Shown: positions 10,177 through 19,957 of the stretch, piece by piece
Position numbering within the stretch: the first letter of the stretch is position 1
Layout: each line of letters opens with the position of its first letter
Assembly (NCBI GenBank): GCA_965221775.1
Contig: CBDCSU010000005.1
Location: 96,001-160,000 of the forward strand
DNA: 64,000 bases
Origin: Candidatus Latescibacterota bacterium
GTDB taxonomy: Bacteria; Latescibacterota; UBA2968; UBA8231
Reading direction: 5' to 3'
Notes under the pieces: model-generated
The model's input: the letters and a program-made list of their open reading frames with translations, nothing else
Databases searched by the model: none
What the model was told of the DNA's origin: nothing
Translations under genes and position numbers: made by a program

Positions 10177-10599
10177 TCAGACCCCTCCGGCCTGCTGCAC
10201 CGTGACCTGCAGGCTGAAAGGATCCGACGGATCCTCCAGGGCCAGGATCACCTCCATGTCTCCGTCGAGGACGACCGATGCCTTGCGCCGGACCCGGAGC
10301 CCCTGTTCCGGCGGGACCCTGAGCACCAGGTCGAGCTTCAGCTCGGTGCCGGCGCTCAGGCTTCCCCCGCCCACGTCCCGCCGTTCCCCCGGCCCTACGA
10401 CGGCCCGGACGACGGCCGCCTCGTCCTGCTCTCCGGCCCTCAGGTAGGCGACCTCCACCGCAAACGGCGTCCGGTTGTCGACCAGAACGGATCCGTCCTC
10501 CGGTGGGGCGCCGTTGTCCGGATCGACGACATCCGTCCCGCCGCCCCCGCAAGCGAGCATCGCCGCGGCGGCTCCCGCCGGCCCCAGCCATTGCAGCAA
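10177..10599 (-). CDS. Small putative lipoprotein
   Basis: Lipobox-like AAAMLAC followed by GGGG and a beta-rich domain (VLVDNRTPFAVEVAYL); start uncertain. Confidence 0.55.
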   Translation of the reverse strand: MLQWLGPAGAAAAMLACGGGGTDVVDPDNGAPPEDGSVLVDNRTPFAVEVAYLRAGEQDEAAVVRAVVGPGERRDVGGGSLSAGTELKLDLVLRVPPEQGLRVRRKASVVLDGDMEVILALEDPSDPFSLQVTVQQAGGV

Positions 10600-10753
10600 C
10601 CGCCCGAAAGTCCGGGGGCGGAGCTGATTGCGTACGGTCCAAGTGGGTGGTATACTTGCCCTTACCCCCACTTCGGCGGCGCCGTTCCCGGATGTCCGCC
10701 ATCGCTCTCGTCCCACCGCCTCTCTCCCCGTCCGCTTCCACGGACCCTCCATC

Positions 10754-12913
10754 TTGCACCTGTGCCGGTTGCTGCTCGCATTGGTGTGCCTCTTCGCCGC
10801 CCCGGTCACCACGGCCGGGGACGTGCACATGGTGCGGCCGGGCGACACCCTGTCGCAAATCGCCCAGCGCTACCGCGTCAGCCTCGCAGACCTGCGGCGC
10901 TGGAACCGGCTCTCCTCCGATGCCATCACCGTGGGCCAGCGGCTGGAGGTCTCGGCCCCCGCCAGCTCCTACATCGTGCGGCCCGGCGACAGCCTTTCCC
11001 GGATCGCCCATCGTCACGGCCTCACCTCCGCCGACCTGCGACGCTTCAACAACCTGACAGGCGACCGCATCCGCCCGGGCCAGGTGCTCCGCCTGCGGCG
11101 GCAGCCGGAGAGGCCGGCCAGGTACGTGGTGCGCCCGGGCGACACCCTCTCGGAGATCGCCGTCGCCCACGGCACGACCACCGCCGAGCTGCTCCGTCTC
11201 AACGCCATCAGCGGTGACGCCATCCGGGCCGGCCAGTCCCTGCGCCTCGAAGGAGAGGTCCCGAAGGCCTCGAAGACCCCGGAAAAGTACGTGGTCCGCC
11301 GCGGCGACACCCTCTCCGAGATCGCCGTCCGCTTCGATGTCCAGCTGGGGCTGCTGCGGCAGCTCAACGACCTGGAGGGTGACCGCATCCGGGTCGGCCA
11401 GAGGCTGCGCCTGCGGCCCTCGCCCAAGCAGGCGAGCATCCACGTGGTGCTGCCCGGCCAGACCCTCTACCAGATCGCCGCCCTGTACGAGATCGATCTC
11501 GGGCGCCTGCGCCACCTGAACGGCCTGGAGGGCGACCTCATCCGGCCTGGGCAGAAGCTCCACCTTCGCCCGACGCCGGCCACGGTGCACGTCGTCGAGC
11601 GCGGCGACGCCCTCTGGGAGATCGCCCGCGCCTACGGCCTGTCGGTGGCGGACCTGAAAGCCCTCAACCGTCTCCAGGGGGACAGCATCTATCCGGGGCA
11701 ACGGCTGCTCCTGGGACAGGACCGCAGGCCGCGGCTGGCCAGCTACACCGTCGTCCGCGGCGACAACCTGTCGGAGATCGCCCAGCTCCACCAGATGAGC
11801 GTCGCCGAGCTCCGGCGTCTCAACGATCTCTCCAGCATGGTCATCCACCCCGGTCAGAAGCTGAAGGTCCGGCCGCTGCTGGGGCGACCGGGACGGTCCG
11901 ACCCGTCCCAGCTCGACCCGTCCCGGATCCCCTGGGATCGGCTCCTGATCGACGTGGCCGGCCTCCGGCGCATCGCCCGCGACAACGGTCCGTACTACGG
12001 ACAGCGCCCCCGGGCGCGCCGCCAGCCGAGCCGGAACTACGCCGAGAAACACCCCCCCTCCCCCCTGCGGACCTACCGGCAGGCGAGGAAGCTCTGGGAC
12101 CGGTTCGAGGGCGAGGTCGGCCGCCTCGGCCGCCTCGGCAACGACCTGGCCGGGTGGCACTTCGTGCTCGACCCCGGGCACGGGGGCATCGATCCCGGGG
12201 CGATCGTGCGGACCATCGCCGGCGACGGCACCCGCCTCTACATCGTCGAGGACGAGTACGTCTACGACATCACCCTGCGAGCCTACGTGCTGCTTCGGCT
12301 GCACGGGGCCAACGTCGATGTCACGCTGTTGAGCCCCAACCATCTCATCCGCCGGACGGAGCCGCCGACGCAGACCTTCGTGCACCAGCAGAACGAGGTC
12401 TTCAACAGCTTCGCCCTCAACCGCGCCGACCACCGGCGCCAGTGGCCCATGGGCAACTCCAGGGGCCTCAAGGCCCGGGTGCAGATCACGCGGGACGCCC
12501 TGCGCAAGGCCCCCAGGGGGCGCTCCATCTTCCTCTCCTTCCACGCCGATCACGACCCCAACTCCCCCCAGGCGCCCCTGGTGCTCTACTACGAACGGCA
12601 CGGCAAGCGCGACGATGCCTCCCGCCGCTTCGCCCGCGCCCTGCTGCCCGCCCTCGGCGCCGGCGGCCGGACCCGCGGTCAGTCCCTGGCGGTCCTGCGC
12701 GGCAATCCCGCTTCGGTGAAGGTCCTGGTGGAGGTCGCCAACCTCGCCTACGTCGATCACGCCTGGGCCCTGCGCTTCGAGCAGCACCGGCAGCGGGAAG
12801 CGGAGAAGGTCGTCCGCGGCGTGCTGGACTACGTGCGCCAGCAAGCAGCTGGCGCGGCGCTGATCCCCAGAACGAAGAAAGGCCCCGGGCAAGCAACTCC
12901 CCGGGGCCTCTGA
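10754..12913 (+). CDS. N-acetylmuramoyl-L-alanine amidase (Amidase_3) with seven LysM domains
   Basis: Signal peptide LLLALVCLFAAPVTTA; seven VxxGDTLxxIA...N.L....I.PGQ.L repeats; Zn motifs VLDPGHGG, E, FLSFHAD and VLVEVANL. TTG 10754 preferred as start. Confidence 0.9.
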   Translation: MHLCRLLLALVCLFAAPVTTAGDVHMVRPGDTLSQIAQRYRVSLADLRRWNRLSSDAITVGQRLEVSAPASSYIVRPGDSLSRIAHRHGLTSADLRRFNNLTGDRIRPGQVLRLRRQPERPARYVVRPGDTLSEIAVAHGTTTAELLRLNAISGDAIRAGQSLRLEGEVPKASKTPEKYVVRRGDTLSEIAVRFDVQLGLLRQLNDLEGDRIRVGQRLRLRPSPKQASIHVVLPGQTLYQIAALYEIDLGRLRHLNGLEGDLIRPGQKLHLRPTPATVHVVERGDALWEIARAYGLSVADLKALNRLQGDSIYPGQRLLLGQDRRPRLASYTVVRGDNLSEIAQLHQMSVAELRRLNDLSSMVIHPGQKLKVRPLLGRPGRSDPSQLDPSRIPWDRLLIDVAGLRRIARDNGPYYGQRPRARRQPSRNYAEKHPPSPLRTYRQARKLWDRFEGEVGRLGRLGNDLAGWHFVLDPGHGGIDPGAIVRTIAGDGTRLYIVEDEYVYDITLRAYVLLRLHGANVDVTLLSPNHLIRRTEPPTQTFVHQQNEVFNSFALNRADHRRQWPMGNSRGLKARVQITRDALRKAPRGRSIFLSFHADHDPNSPQAPLVLYYERHGKRDDASRRFARALLPALGAGGRTRGQSLAVLRGNPASVKVLVEVANLAYVDHAWALRFEQHRQREAEKVVRGVLDYVRQQAAGAALIPRTKKGPGQATPRGL
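12875..12909 (-). terminator. Rho-independent terminator of the 12931..13206 gene, inside the amidase 3' end
   Basis: Stem AGGCCCCGGG/CCCGGGGCCT (12880-12889 and 12900-12909), followed by TTCTT on the minus strand. Confidence 0.6.
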
Positions 12914-12930
12914 ACCTCGAGCGGGCGCTC

Positions 12931-13206
12931 TCAGGCGGTAACCACCCTCACACCGAGCAGGCGCCTGGCGGCTCGCCGCACGACCTCGGGCTCCAGGCCG
13001 GCCAACTCGCACCAGGGATCGATCCGGGGACTCTCCACGAAGTCCACCTCCATCACCTCGTCGGTTACCTCCTCGGTCTTCGAGATTTCCCGCAACGTGC
13101 TGAGAATCATGGCGTTGGCCAACCTACGATAGGCCAGGGACACGCGTTCTACCTGGGCTGCGTCCTGATCCGTACGCATGGCGATCCCGTTCGTTAAAGT
13201 GGACAT
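12931..13206 (-). CDS. Small hypothetical protein, phage/regulator-like
   Basis: MSTLTNGIAMRTDQ...RLANAMILSTLRE...WCELAGLEPEVVRRAARR; has its own terminator and an AT-richer upstream region. Confidence 0.6.
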   Translation of the reverse strand: MSTLTNGIAMRTDQDAAQVERVSLAYRRLANAMILSTLREISKTEEVTDEVMEVDFVESPRIDPWCELAGLEPEVVRRAARRLLGVRVVTA

Positions 13207-13327
13207 GATCTGGCACGATTTTGCACCCCTATCGGCGCTTTGCCCACAATGTACGGAATTATCGAGCCGGGATCGGGAAAAAGTTGAACCCCGCCGAAAA
13301 AAGCCCGCGCCGGTGCCCCTCGTATCC

Positions 13328-14329
13328 TCAGAGGGCGTGCTCGAGGGCGGCGGCGTAGATCCGCCCCAGGTGGCGCATGGTGCGCAGCGCCGCCGCCGCG
13401 TCGGCTCCGGGCGCCGGGCGGCCCTCGACAGCGTCCACGAAGGCCTCCCACTCCCGTGACCAGGACCGGTCGGGGCCGGGGAACCGCCGGAGCCGCTCCT
13501 GCGGAGCTCCTCCCTCCGGGGGCCGGCGGCCGAGGACGAGCCGCTCCTCACCGTAGGACCCGCCGAGGCCCTCGGCGACGGCGTATCCGTCCCGCCCGAA
13601 GACCTCCAGGCTGAACAGGTTCCTCCACTGGGTCCAGCTCACGTGCAGAGAGGCGATCTGGCCCGCGGCCGTGCGCATCAGGGCGAAGGCGTTGTCCTCC
13701 ACGGGCATGTCCCAGAAAGCGGTCACCGCCTCGGCGCTGACGGCCTCGAAGTCGCAGCCCAGGATCCACAGGAAGAGGTCGACGAGGTGAGCGCCCTGGT
13801 CGAGCAGCTCGCCCCCGCCAGAGACAGCCGCATCGGACCGCCACTCGCGGTCGTAGCCCGGGCGGCCCCCGTGGCCGTAGCGACCGCGCACGAACATCAG
13901 GGGACCGAGGCTCCCCTCCCCCGCCGCCCGCCGGACGCCCTCCACGGCCGGGTGGAAGCGATGGTTGTACCCGGCCCTCAGGACCCGGCCGTGGTCCCGG
14001 GCAGCGGCGGCCACCTCTTCGACCTCGGCGGCGTTCCGGCCGAGGGGCTTCTCGCACAGAACGTGACGGCCGGCCTCCAGGGCCGCCACCGAGATCTCCG
14101 CCAGCAGGTGGTGAGGAGTCGAGACCACGACCAGATCGACGCCGTCGGCGGCGGCCAGGGACCGCCAGTCGCCGTGGGCACGGGCACCGTGCTCGGCAGC
14201 CAGACGCCGGGCCGCCGTCTCGTCGACATCGCAGACGGCCACCAGCCGGCTCGCCTCGTCGGCGGCCACCGCCGCCGCCCGCTGGCTCCCCGCGCGGCCG
14301 GCTCCGATCACGGCGACCCGGTGAGTCAT
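13328..14329 (-). CDS. Gfo/Idh/MocA family NAD(P)-dependent oxidoreductase
   Basis: RVAVIGAGRAG, HVLCEKPLG, GYNHRFHP, GGGELLDQGAHLVD; ATG 14329 overlaps the SDR stop. Confidence 0.9.
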   Translation of the reverse strand: MTHRVAVIGAGRAGSQRAAAVAADEASRLVAVCDVDETAARRLAAEHGARAHGDWRSLAAADGVDLVVVSTPHHLLAEISVAALEAGRHVLCEKPLGRNAAEVEEVAAAARDHGRVLRAGYNHRFHPAVEGVRRAAGEGSLGPLMFVRGRYGHGGRPGYDREWRSDAAVSGGGELLDQGAHLVDLFLWILGCDFEAVSAEAVTAFWDMPVEDNAFALMRTAAGQIASLHVSWTQWRNLFSLEVFGRDGYAVAEGLGGSYGEERLVLGRRPPEGGAPQERLRRFPGPDRSWSREWEAFVDAVEGRPAPGADAAAALRTMRHLGRIYAAALEHAL

Positions 14330-15150
14330 GGCTTCAGGCGCCGAACCGCGCCGCCCTCGCCGGCCATCACCGCCCCCACGTCGAGGTGCTCCCAGTCGTC
14401 CCACACGGCCGACAGCAGACGGCCGCTCAGGCCCGCGGAGCGCTGCGAGACCAGGTAGAGGACGAGTTCCGCCGCCCCATCGGGAGTGGCTGCCGGCGCC
14501 TCGGGGGCGGCTCCTCCCTCGGCGGCGGCCATCTCCCGGAGGGCGGCCGCGGCCTCCCGCGCCATGTCGGTGCGGACGGCCCCGGGGGCCACGGCGTTGA
14601 CGCGCACCCCGTGGGGTGCCACCTCGGCCGCCAGGGTCTCGGTGAAACGCACCACCCCCGCTTTGGCGGCGCCGTAGGCGCTGAACCACGGCCGCGGACT
14701 CACCGCTCCCCCGCCGGAGAGGTTGACGATCGCGCCGTGCCGGCGGGCGATCATGCCGGGCAGCACGGCTCGGCTACAGAGGAAGCAGCCGCCGAGGTTG
14801 ACCCGCACCGCCCGCAGCCAGACCTCGGGATCGGCCTGGTGAGCCGGCCCGACCGGGCCCAGGACTCCCGCGTTGTTCACCAGGATGTCGATCCCGCCCC
14901 AGGCCCGCTCGACCTCGGCGACGCCGGCGGCGACCTGCCCGGGGAGGGAGACATCGGCGGCCAGGGCCAGGGCGGCAGAGCCCGCAGCCGACAGCTCCCG
15001 CGCCGCCTCTTCGACCTGTTGCCGCGTCCTGGCCAGGACGGCCACGCGGGCGCCGGCGGCCCCCAAGGTCCGGGCGATGGACCGCCCGATGCCCCGTCCG
15101 CCGCCGGTGACCAGGGCGTTCCGGCCCTCCAGCTCCCCCCCTGCGCTCAT
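14326..15150 (-). CDS. Short-chain dehydrogenase/reductase (SDR)
   Basis: TGGGRGIG, NNAG, YGAAK (YxxxK), VNAVAPG. Confidence 0.92.
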   Translation of the reverse strand: MSAGGELEGRNALVTGGGRGIGRSIARTLGAAGARVAVLARTRQQVEEAARELSAAGSAALALAADVSLPGQVAAGVAEVERAWGGIDILVNNAGVLGPVGPAHQADPEVWLRAVRVNLGGCFLCSRAVLPGMIARRHGAIVNLSGGGAVSPRPWFSAYGAAKAGVVRFTETLAAEVAPHGVRVNAVAPGAVRTDMAREAAAALREMAAAEGGAAPEAPAATPDGAAELVLYLVSQRSAGLSGRLLSAVWDDWEHLDVGAVMAGEGGAVRRLKP

Positions 15151-15268
15151 GGGCGGCGAAGGTATGCGAGATCGGCTTTCGGGGAAAGACAGCCGCGTTG
15201 CCTGTGTGCTCCCATCCTTTACATTTTACAACCACTTCGGACCATCCAGCCCCTTCACGGATCACCCC

Positions 15269-16720
15269 ATGTCCCTCTGTGCGACCGAGGCCGACCCGCG
15301 CGCGATCTGCCGCCGCATCAACGCGAGCGCACCCGCCGAGTACATCTTCGAGGGCGACCGCTCGCGGCTCCATCCCGAGAGCCGCCTGCCTTGGCGGATC
15401 TCGCCGGAGCCGTTCTGGCTGACCGCCGACCAGCACGCCTTCCTGCTGCGGCTGGGTCCGGCGCTGCACGCCTTCAACCGCGCCGCCAATCTCCTCTACC
15501 ACCAGAGCACCAGGGGCCTGCAGCCGGACTGGGTGCGCGCCTACCTCGACGCCGGCAAGCCGGAGCGGACCGTCGACATGGGCCGGCTCAACCGCGTCAA
15601 GTCGCATCTGCCCGTGGTGATCCGCCCCGACCTCATCGTCACCGCCGACGGCGTGCGTGCCGCCGAGCTCGACTCGGTTCCCGGCGGCATCGGTTTCACC
15701 GCCCAGCTCACCGCCGCTTACGCCGATCTCGGCTACGAGCTGGTGGGCGGCGCCCAAGGCCTGGTTGAGGGATTCTGGCAGGCCGTTGCGGGGACGGCCA
15801 AGGACCGCGACGAGCCCGTGGTCTGCATCCTCGTCTCCGACGAGGCCGAGGCCTACCGGGGCGAGATGGAGTGGCTGGCCGGCGCCCTGCGGGAACGCGG
15901 CCGCCCCGTCCACTGCCGCCACCCGCGGGAACTGCATGTCGACGACGACGGCGTGCTCATCGACGAAGGCGGCGGGCGGCTCCGGGTGGACGTGGCCTAC
16001 CGGTTCTTCGAGCTCTTCGACCTGCCCAACATCCCGAAGGTCGAACTGCTCTCCTACCACGCCAAGAAGAACGCGGTGCGCGTGACACCGCCCATGAAGG
16101 CCTATCTCGAGGAGAAGATGTGGCTCGCCCTGTTCCACAATCGGCGGCTGACCTCTTTCTGGGAACGGGAGCTCCCGGGCGATGTCCGCGATCTGCTGGA
16201 GGGCATCTTCCCCTCTACCTGGGTCCTCGACCCCGCCCCCGTGCCGCCCCACTCCGTGGTGCCCGGTCTGCAGGTCGGAGGACGTCCGGTCGGCGGCTGG
16301 GAGGAGCTGCGCCACCTCAGCAAGAAGGAGCGCGAGCTCGTCATCAAGCCCTCGGGGTTCTCGGAGAAGGCCCAGCAGAGCCGCGGTGTCACCGTCGGCC
16401 ACGACGTGCCCGAGGAAGACTGGCGCGACGCTCTCGACGAGGCCCTGCGGTCCTTCGAGCAGACGCCCCAGGTGCTGCAGGACTTCCACAAGGGCGCCCG
16501 CCTGCCGGCCCGCTACTACGACTTCGAGTCCGATTCCATCCAGAGCATGCACGGCCGCGTGCTCCTGCGCCCCTACTACTACGTCGTCGGCGAGGAGGTG
16601 CTGCTCGCCGGCGTGCAGTGCCTGGTCTGCCCCTCCGACAAGAAGGTCCTGCACGGCATGACCGAGGCGGTGCTGACGCCCGCCGCCGTGGCGCCGGCTT
16701 CGGAGGACGGCACCGGATGA
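15269..16720 (+). CDS. Circularly permuted ATP-grasp / glutathionylspermidine-synthase-like ligase
   Basis: VIRPDLI...AELDSVPGGIG, YRFFELFD, EEKMWLAL, LVIKPSGFSE...SRGVTVG, VLQDFH, VLLRPYY. Confidence 0.7.
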   Translation: MSLCATEADPRAICRRINASAPAEYIFEGDRSRLHPESRLPWRISPEPFWLTADQHAFLLRLGPALHAFNRAANLLYHQSTRGLQPDWVRAYLDAGKPERTVDMGRLNRVKSHLPVVIRPDLIVTADGVRAAELDSVPGGIGFTAQLTAAYADLGYELVGGAQGLVEGFWQAVAGTAKDRDEPVVCILVSDEAEAYRGEMEWLAGALRERGRPVHCRHPRELHVDDDGVLIDEGGGRLRVDVAYRFFELFDLPNIPKVELLSYHAKKNAVRVTPPMKAYLEEKMWLALFHNRRLTSFWERELPGDVRDLLEGIFPSTWVLDPAPVPPHSVVPGLQVGGRPVGGWEELRHLSKKERELVIKPSGFSEKAQQSRGVTVGHDVPEEDWRDALDEALRSFEQTPQVLQDFHKGARLPARYYDFESDSIQSMHGRVLLRPYYYVVGEEVLLAGVQCLVCPSDKKVLHGMTEAVLTPAAVAPASEDGTG

Positions 16721-17799
16721 GCGGCCCGATCCTCATCGACGGCGCCCCGGTCGAGGCGGATGCCCGCGGCCCGGGGGACAAGCTCGCCGAACTCGAGGAG
16801 ATCCTGCGTCCCCTGGGACGCGTTCTGATCGGCTACTCCGGCGGGGTCGACAGCGCCCTCCTCGTCGTCGCCGCCCACCGGGTCCTGGGCACAAACGCCA
16901 TCGCCGTCACCGCCGACTCCGAGAGCTACGCCGAGGGCGAGCTGGAGCTGGCGGCGGAGGTGCTGCGTCCCTTCGGCATCCGCCACGAGGTGGTCCGCAC
17001 GGGCGAGCTCGACAACCCGGATTACGCCGCCAACCCGGTCAACCGCTGCTACTACTGCAAGAGCGAGCTGTTCTCCCACATGACCGCCCTGGCCGCGGAT
17101 CTGCAGGTCGACAACCTGCTCTTCGGCCACAACGCCGACGACCGGGGCGACTACCGGCCGGGAGCCACCGCGGCCCTCGAGTTCGGGGTGCGGGCGCCGC
17201 TGCAGGAGGCCCGTCTGACCAAGCAGGACGTGCGCGACCTGGCCCGGCGCCTGGAGATCCCCGTGTGGGACCGGCCGGCCCTGGCCTGTCTCTCCTCCAG
17301 GTTCCCCTACGGCACCCCGGTCACCCGCGAGGGGCTGCGCCGCGTCGACGCCGCCGAGAAGCGGGTGCGGGCCGAGGGCTTCGGCTCACACGTCCGCGTG
17401 CGCCATCACGAAGAGGTGGCCCGCATCGAGCTCCCGGCGGACGACCTGGCGCGGCTGCTCTCCGACCGCTCCCTGCGCGGCCGGTTGCGCACGGAGCTCC
17501 TCGATCTCGGTTATTCCAGGGTCACGGCCGATCTGCGCGGCTTCCGCTCCGGCAGCCTGAACGAGGTGCTGACCGGTGCCGGGGGCGGCGGCGACCCGGC
17601 GGCGGCCGTGCGACGGGAGGCCTCCGGCCTCGGCCTGCTCCCGTGCGAGTCCGGGGAGCAGGGCCAGGTCCTCTGGATACGCCTCTCGGAAGAGGCCGGG
17701 GACCGCCTTGGGGAGAATTCGCTGCGCACCGCCCTGGTCTCCGCCGGGGAGCGCGCCGGGGCCCGCTACGTCGCCCTCGACCTGACTCCCGCCTCTTGA
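16717..17799 (+). CDS. larE: LarE-family ATP-dependent sulfur transferase (PP-loop)
   Basis: YSGGVDS PP-loop, NRCYYCK, DYRPG, ACLSSRFPYG, RVRHH, FRSGSLN; ATGA overlap with the upstream gene. Confidence 0.88.
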   Translation: MSGPILIDGAPVEADARGPGDKLAELEEILRPLGRVLIGYSGGVDSALLVVAAHRVLGTNAIAVTADSESYAEGELELAAEVLRPFGIRHEVVRTGELDNPDYAANPVNRCYYCKSELFSHMTALAADLQVDNLLFGHNADDRGDYRPGATAALEFGVRAPLQEARLTKQDVRDLARRLEIPVWDRPALACLSSRFPYGTPVTREGLRRVDAAEKRVRAEGFGSHVRVRHHEEVARIELPADDLARLLSDRSLRGRLRTELLDLGYSRVTADLRGFRSGSLNEVLTGAGGGGDPAAAVRREASGLGLLPCESGEQGQVLWIRLSEEAGDRLGENSLRTALVSAGERAGARYVALDLTPAS

Positions 17800-18329
17800 T
17801 CCGCGAGATCGTCCTCTACGGCTCGAAGGTCCTGCGCCGCAAGGCCCTCCCGGTGACCTCGGTCGACGCCGAGGTGAAGGCACTCATCCAGGATCTCTTC
17901 GACACCCTGGCCGAGGCCGACGGCGTCGGCCTGGCGGCGCCCCAGATCGGCGTCTCCCGCCGCGTGATCGTCGTCGACATCTCCGCCGCCGAGGCCCGGC
18001 ACCCGCCCGTGGCCCTCGTCAATCCCGTCGTCGACGCCGGCCGCGGCTCAGTCACCGCAGAAGAGGGCTGCCTGAGCATCCCCGAGGTCTACGGCGAGGT
18101 CTCCCGGTACACCGATGTCGACGTCTCCGCCCTGGACCACGAAGGGCGTCCCTTCGCGTTCACCGCCGAGGGCTTCTTCGCCCGTGTCCTGCAGCACGAG
18201 ATCGACCATCTCGACGGCCGGCTCTTCATCGACCACCTGCCCCCCCTCAAGCGTCAGCTGTTGCGCGGCGCCCTCAAGCGCATCCGCAAGGAGGGCGAGG
18301 AGTGGGACCGGCGGCACTCGCCGCACTGA
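17796..18329 (+). CDS. def: Peptide deformylase
   Basis: GVGLAAPQIG, EEGCLSIP, QHEIDHLDG; TTG start overlaps the larE stop. Confidence 0.95.
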   Translation: MIREIVLYGSKVLRRKALPVTSVDAEVKALIQDLFDTLAEADGVGLAAPQIGVSRRVIVVDISAAEARHPPVALVNPVVDAGRGSVTAEEGCLSIPEVYGEVSRYTDVDVSALDHEGRPFAFTAEGFFARVLQHEIDHLDGRLFIDHLPPLKRQLLRGALKRIRKEGEEWDRRHSPH

Positions 18330-18336
18330 CGGCGCG

Positions 18337-18365
18337 TTGACAGGCGCACGGACCGCCGTTAGCTT
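18337..18365 (+). promoter_or_regulatory. Sigma70-type promoter of tRNA-Asp
   Basis: TTGACA-17 bp-TAGCTT, ending about 21 nt before the tRNA. Confidence 0.7.
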
Positions 18366-18386
18366 CTTGAACTTGCTCTACTGCAC

Positions 18387-18464
18387 GGGATCGTAGTTCA
18401 GCTGGTATAGAACGCCGGCCTGTCACGCCGGAGGTCGCGGGTTCGAGTCCCGTCGGTCCCGCCA
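18387..18464 (+). tRNA. tRNA-Asp (GTC)
   Basis: Acceptor stem GGGATCG/CGGTCCC plus GCCA; anticodon arm CCGGC-CTGTCAC-GCCGG; T-loop GTTCGAGTC. Confidence 0.97.
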
Positions 18465-18470
18465 GAATCC

Positions 18471-18505
18471 AAAAGGCCCTGGATGCTCGCATCCAGGGCC
18501 TTTTT
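18471..18505. terminator. Bidirectional Rho-independent terminator between tRNA-Asp and feoB
   Basis: AAAAGGCCCTGGATGC-TC-GCATCCAGGGCCTTTTT. Confidence 0.9.
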
Positions 18506-18529
18506 CCATTGCCGTCGGCAGGTCCGCGT

Positions 18530-19957
18530 TCAGCTCAGGGCGCGCCAGACGATGGCGACCAGGAAGCAGAGGATGAAGCCCATGGCCACCGGCAGCAGGG
18601 CCGAGACCGTGGTCCATTTGGCGCTCCGGGTCTCCTTGTAGATCGTGTAGATCGTCGTCGAGCACGGATTGTGGACCAGGCTGAAGAGCATCAGGTTCAC
18701 CGCCGTCAGCAGGGTCCAACCGCCGGAGACCTTCAGGATGCGGGCCTTTTCCGTCACCGAGTCGGGCTCGAACATCACCCCCGCCCCCGACCCCAGATCC
18801 GAGCCGACGCTCAGGGCCGTCAGCATGAGGATCGTGGGAATGATGATCTCGTTGGCCGGGATGGCGATCACGTAGGCCAGCAGGATGACGCCGTTGAGGC
18901 CGATGAGGGCGCCGAAGGGTCCGGTGAAGTCGATGAAGTGTTCCGCCAGGCTGGCTTCGCCCACGGTGATGATGGAGGTCAGCCAGATCAGGGCGCCGGC
19001 GGGAATGGCGAAGATCACCGCCCGCCACAGGACGATGAGGGTGCGGTCGATGACCGAGGTGTAGATCGTGCGCAGGATTTGTGGAGGCCGGTAGGGAGGC
19101 AGTTCGAGGCTGAAGGCGGAGGCCTCGCCCCTGAGCACGGTCCGGGACAGGGCCCAGGAGACGACCAGGGCCAGCAGGACTCCGGCCACGGCCACGGACA
19201 CCACAGCGGCGGCCGAGACCAGACCCGCCAGGTGGGCGGGCACGAGCCCCCCGATGAAGATGGTGGCCACCAGGATCTGCGTCGGCCAGCGCCCGTTGCA
19301 GAGGGAGAAGTTGTTGGTGATGATGGCGATCAGGCGCTCCCGGGGGCTGTCGATGACGCGCGTGGAGACGATCGCCGCGGCATTGCAGCCGAAGCCCATG
19401 GCCATGGTCAGGGCCTGCTTGCCGTGGGCGCCGGCGCGCCGGAAGAGGCCGTCGAGGTTGAAGGCCACCCTCGGGAGGTAGCCGAAGTCCTCCAGCAGGG
19501 TGAAGAGGGGGAAGAAGATCGCCATGGGCGGCAGCATGACGCTCACCACCCAGGCCATCGACAGGTACATGCCGTCGATGAGCAGGCCTTCGATCCACCA
19601 CGGGACGCCGATGGCGGCGGCCCCGCCCTTGAGGGCGGGATGGACGGTATCGACGAGCAGCGCCGCGAGCATGGCCGAGGGATAGTTGGCGCCCTCGATG
19701 GTCAGCCAGAACACCACGGTCAGCATCAGCAGCATCAGCGGGAAGCCGAGCCAGCGGCTGGTGACGAAGCGGTCGAGGGTGCGGTCCAGGTCGAAGCGGC
19801 CGCGCTCTCCGGCGCGGGTCACGGCGCGGTCGGCGAGGCGCGCCGCATCGGTGTAGATCGACTCCACCAGATCGTCGTGGAAGTCTCGGCCTGCCTCCCA
19901 GCGCAGGGAGCCGGCGCGGGACAGGATCGTCTCCGGGTGCGATCGCTGCTCCATCAA
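18530..19957 (-). CDS. feoB: Ferrous iron transport protein B, membrane (C-terminal) part
   Basis: [38 protein letters not shown] gate motifs; multi-TM. Confidence 0.9.
   Translation of the reverse strand: MMEQRSHPETILSRAGSLRWEAGRDFHDDLVESIYTDAARLADRAVTRAGERGRFDLDRTLDRFVTSRWLGFPLMLLMLTVVFWLTIEGANYPSAMLAALLVDTVHPALKGGAAAIGVPWWIEGLLIDGMYLSMAWVVSVMLPPMAIFFPLFTLLEDFGYLPRVAFNLDGLFRRAGAHGKQALTMAMGFGCNAAAIVSTRVIDSPRERLIAIITNNFSLCNGRWPTQILVATIFIGGLVPAHLAGLVSAAAVVSVAVAGVLLALVVSWALSRTVLRGEASAFSLELPPYRPPQILRTIYTSVIDRTLIVLWRAVIFAIPAGALIWLTSIITVGEASLAEHFIDFTGPFGALIGLNGVILLAYVIAIPANEIIIPTILMLTALSVGSDLGSGAGVMFEPDSVTEKARILKVSGGWTLLTAVNLMLFSLVHNPCSTTIYTIYKETRSAKWTTVSALLPVAMGFILCFLVAIVWRALS

Noticed and set aside
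10820-11870. Periodic DNA similarity (GGCGACACCCTc-like) resembling an array
   Set aside because: Explained by LysM coding repeats; no repeat-spacer structure and no cas genes.
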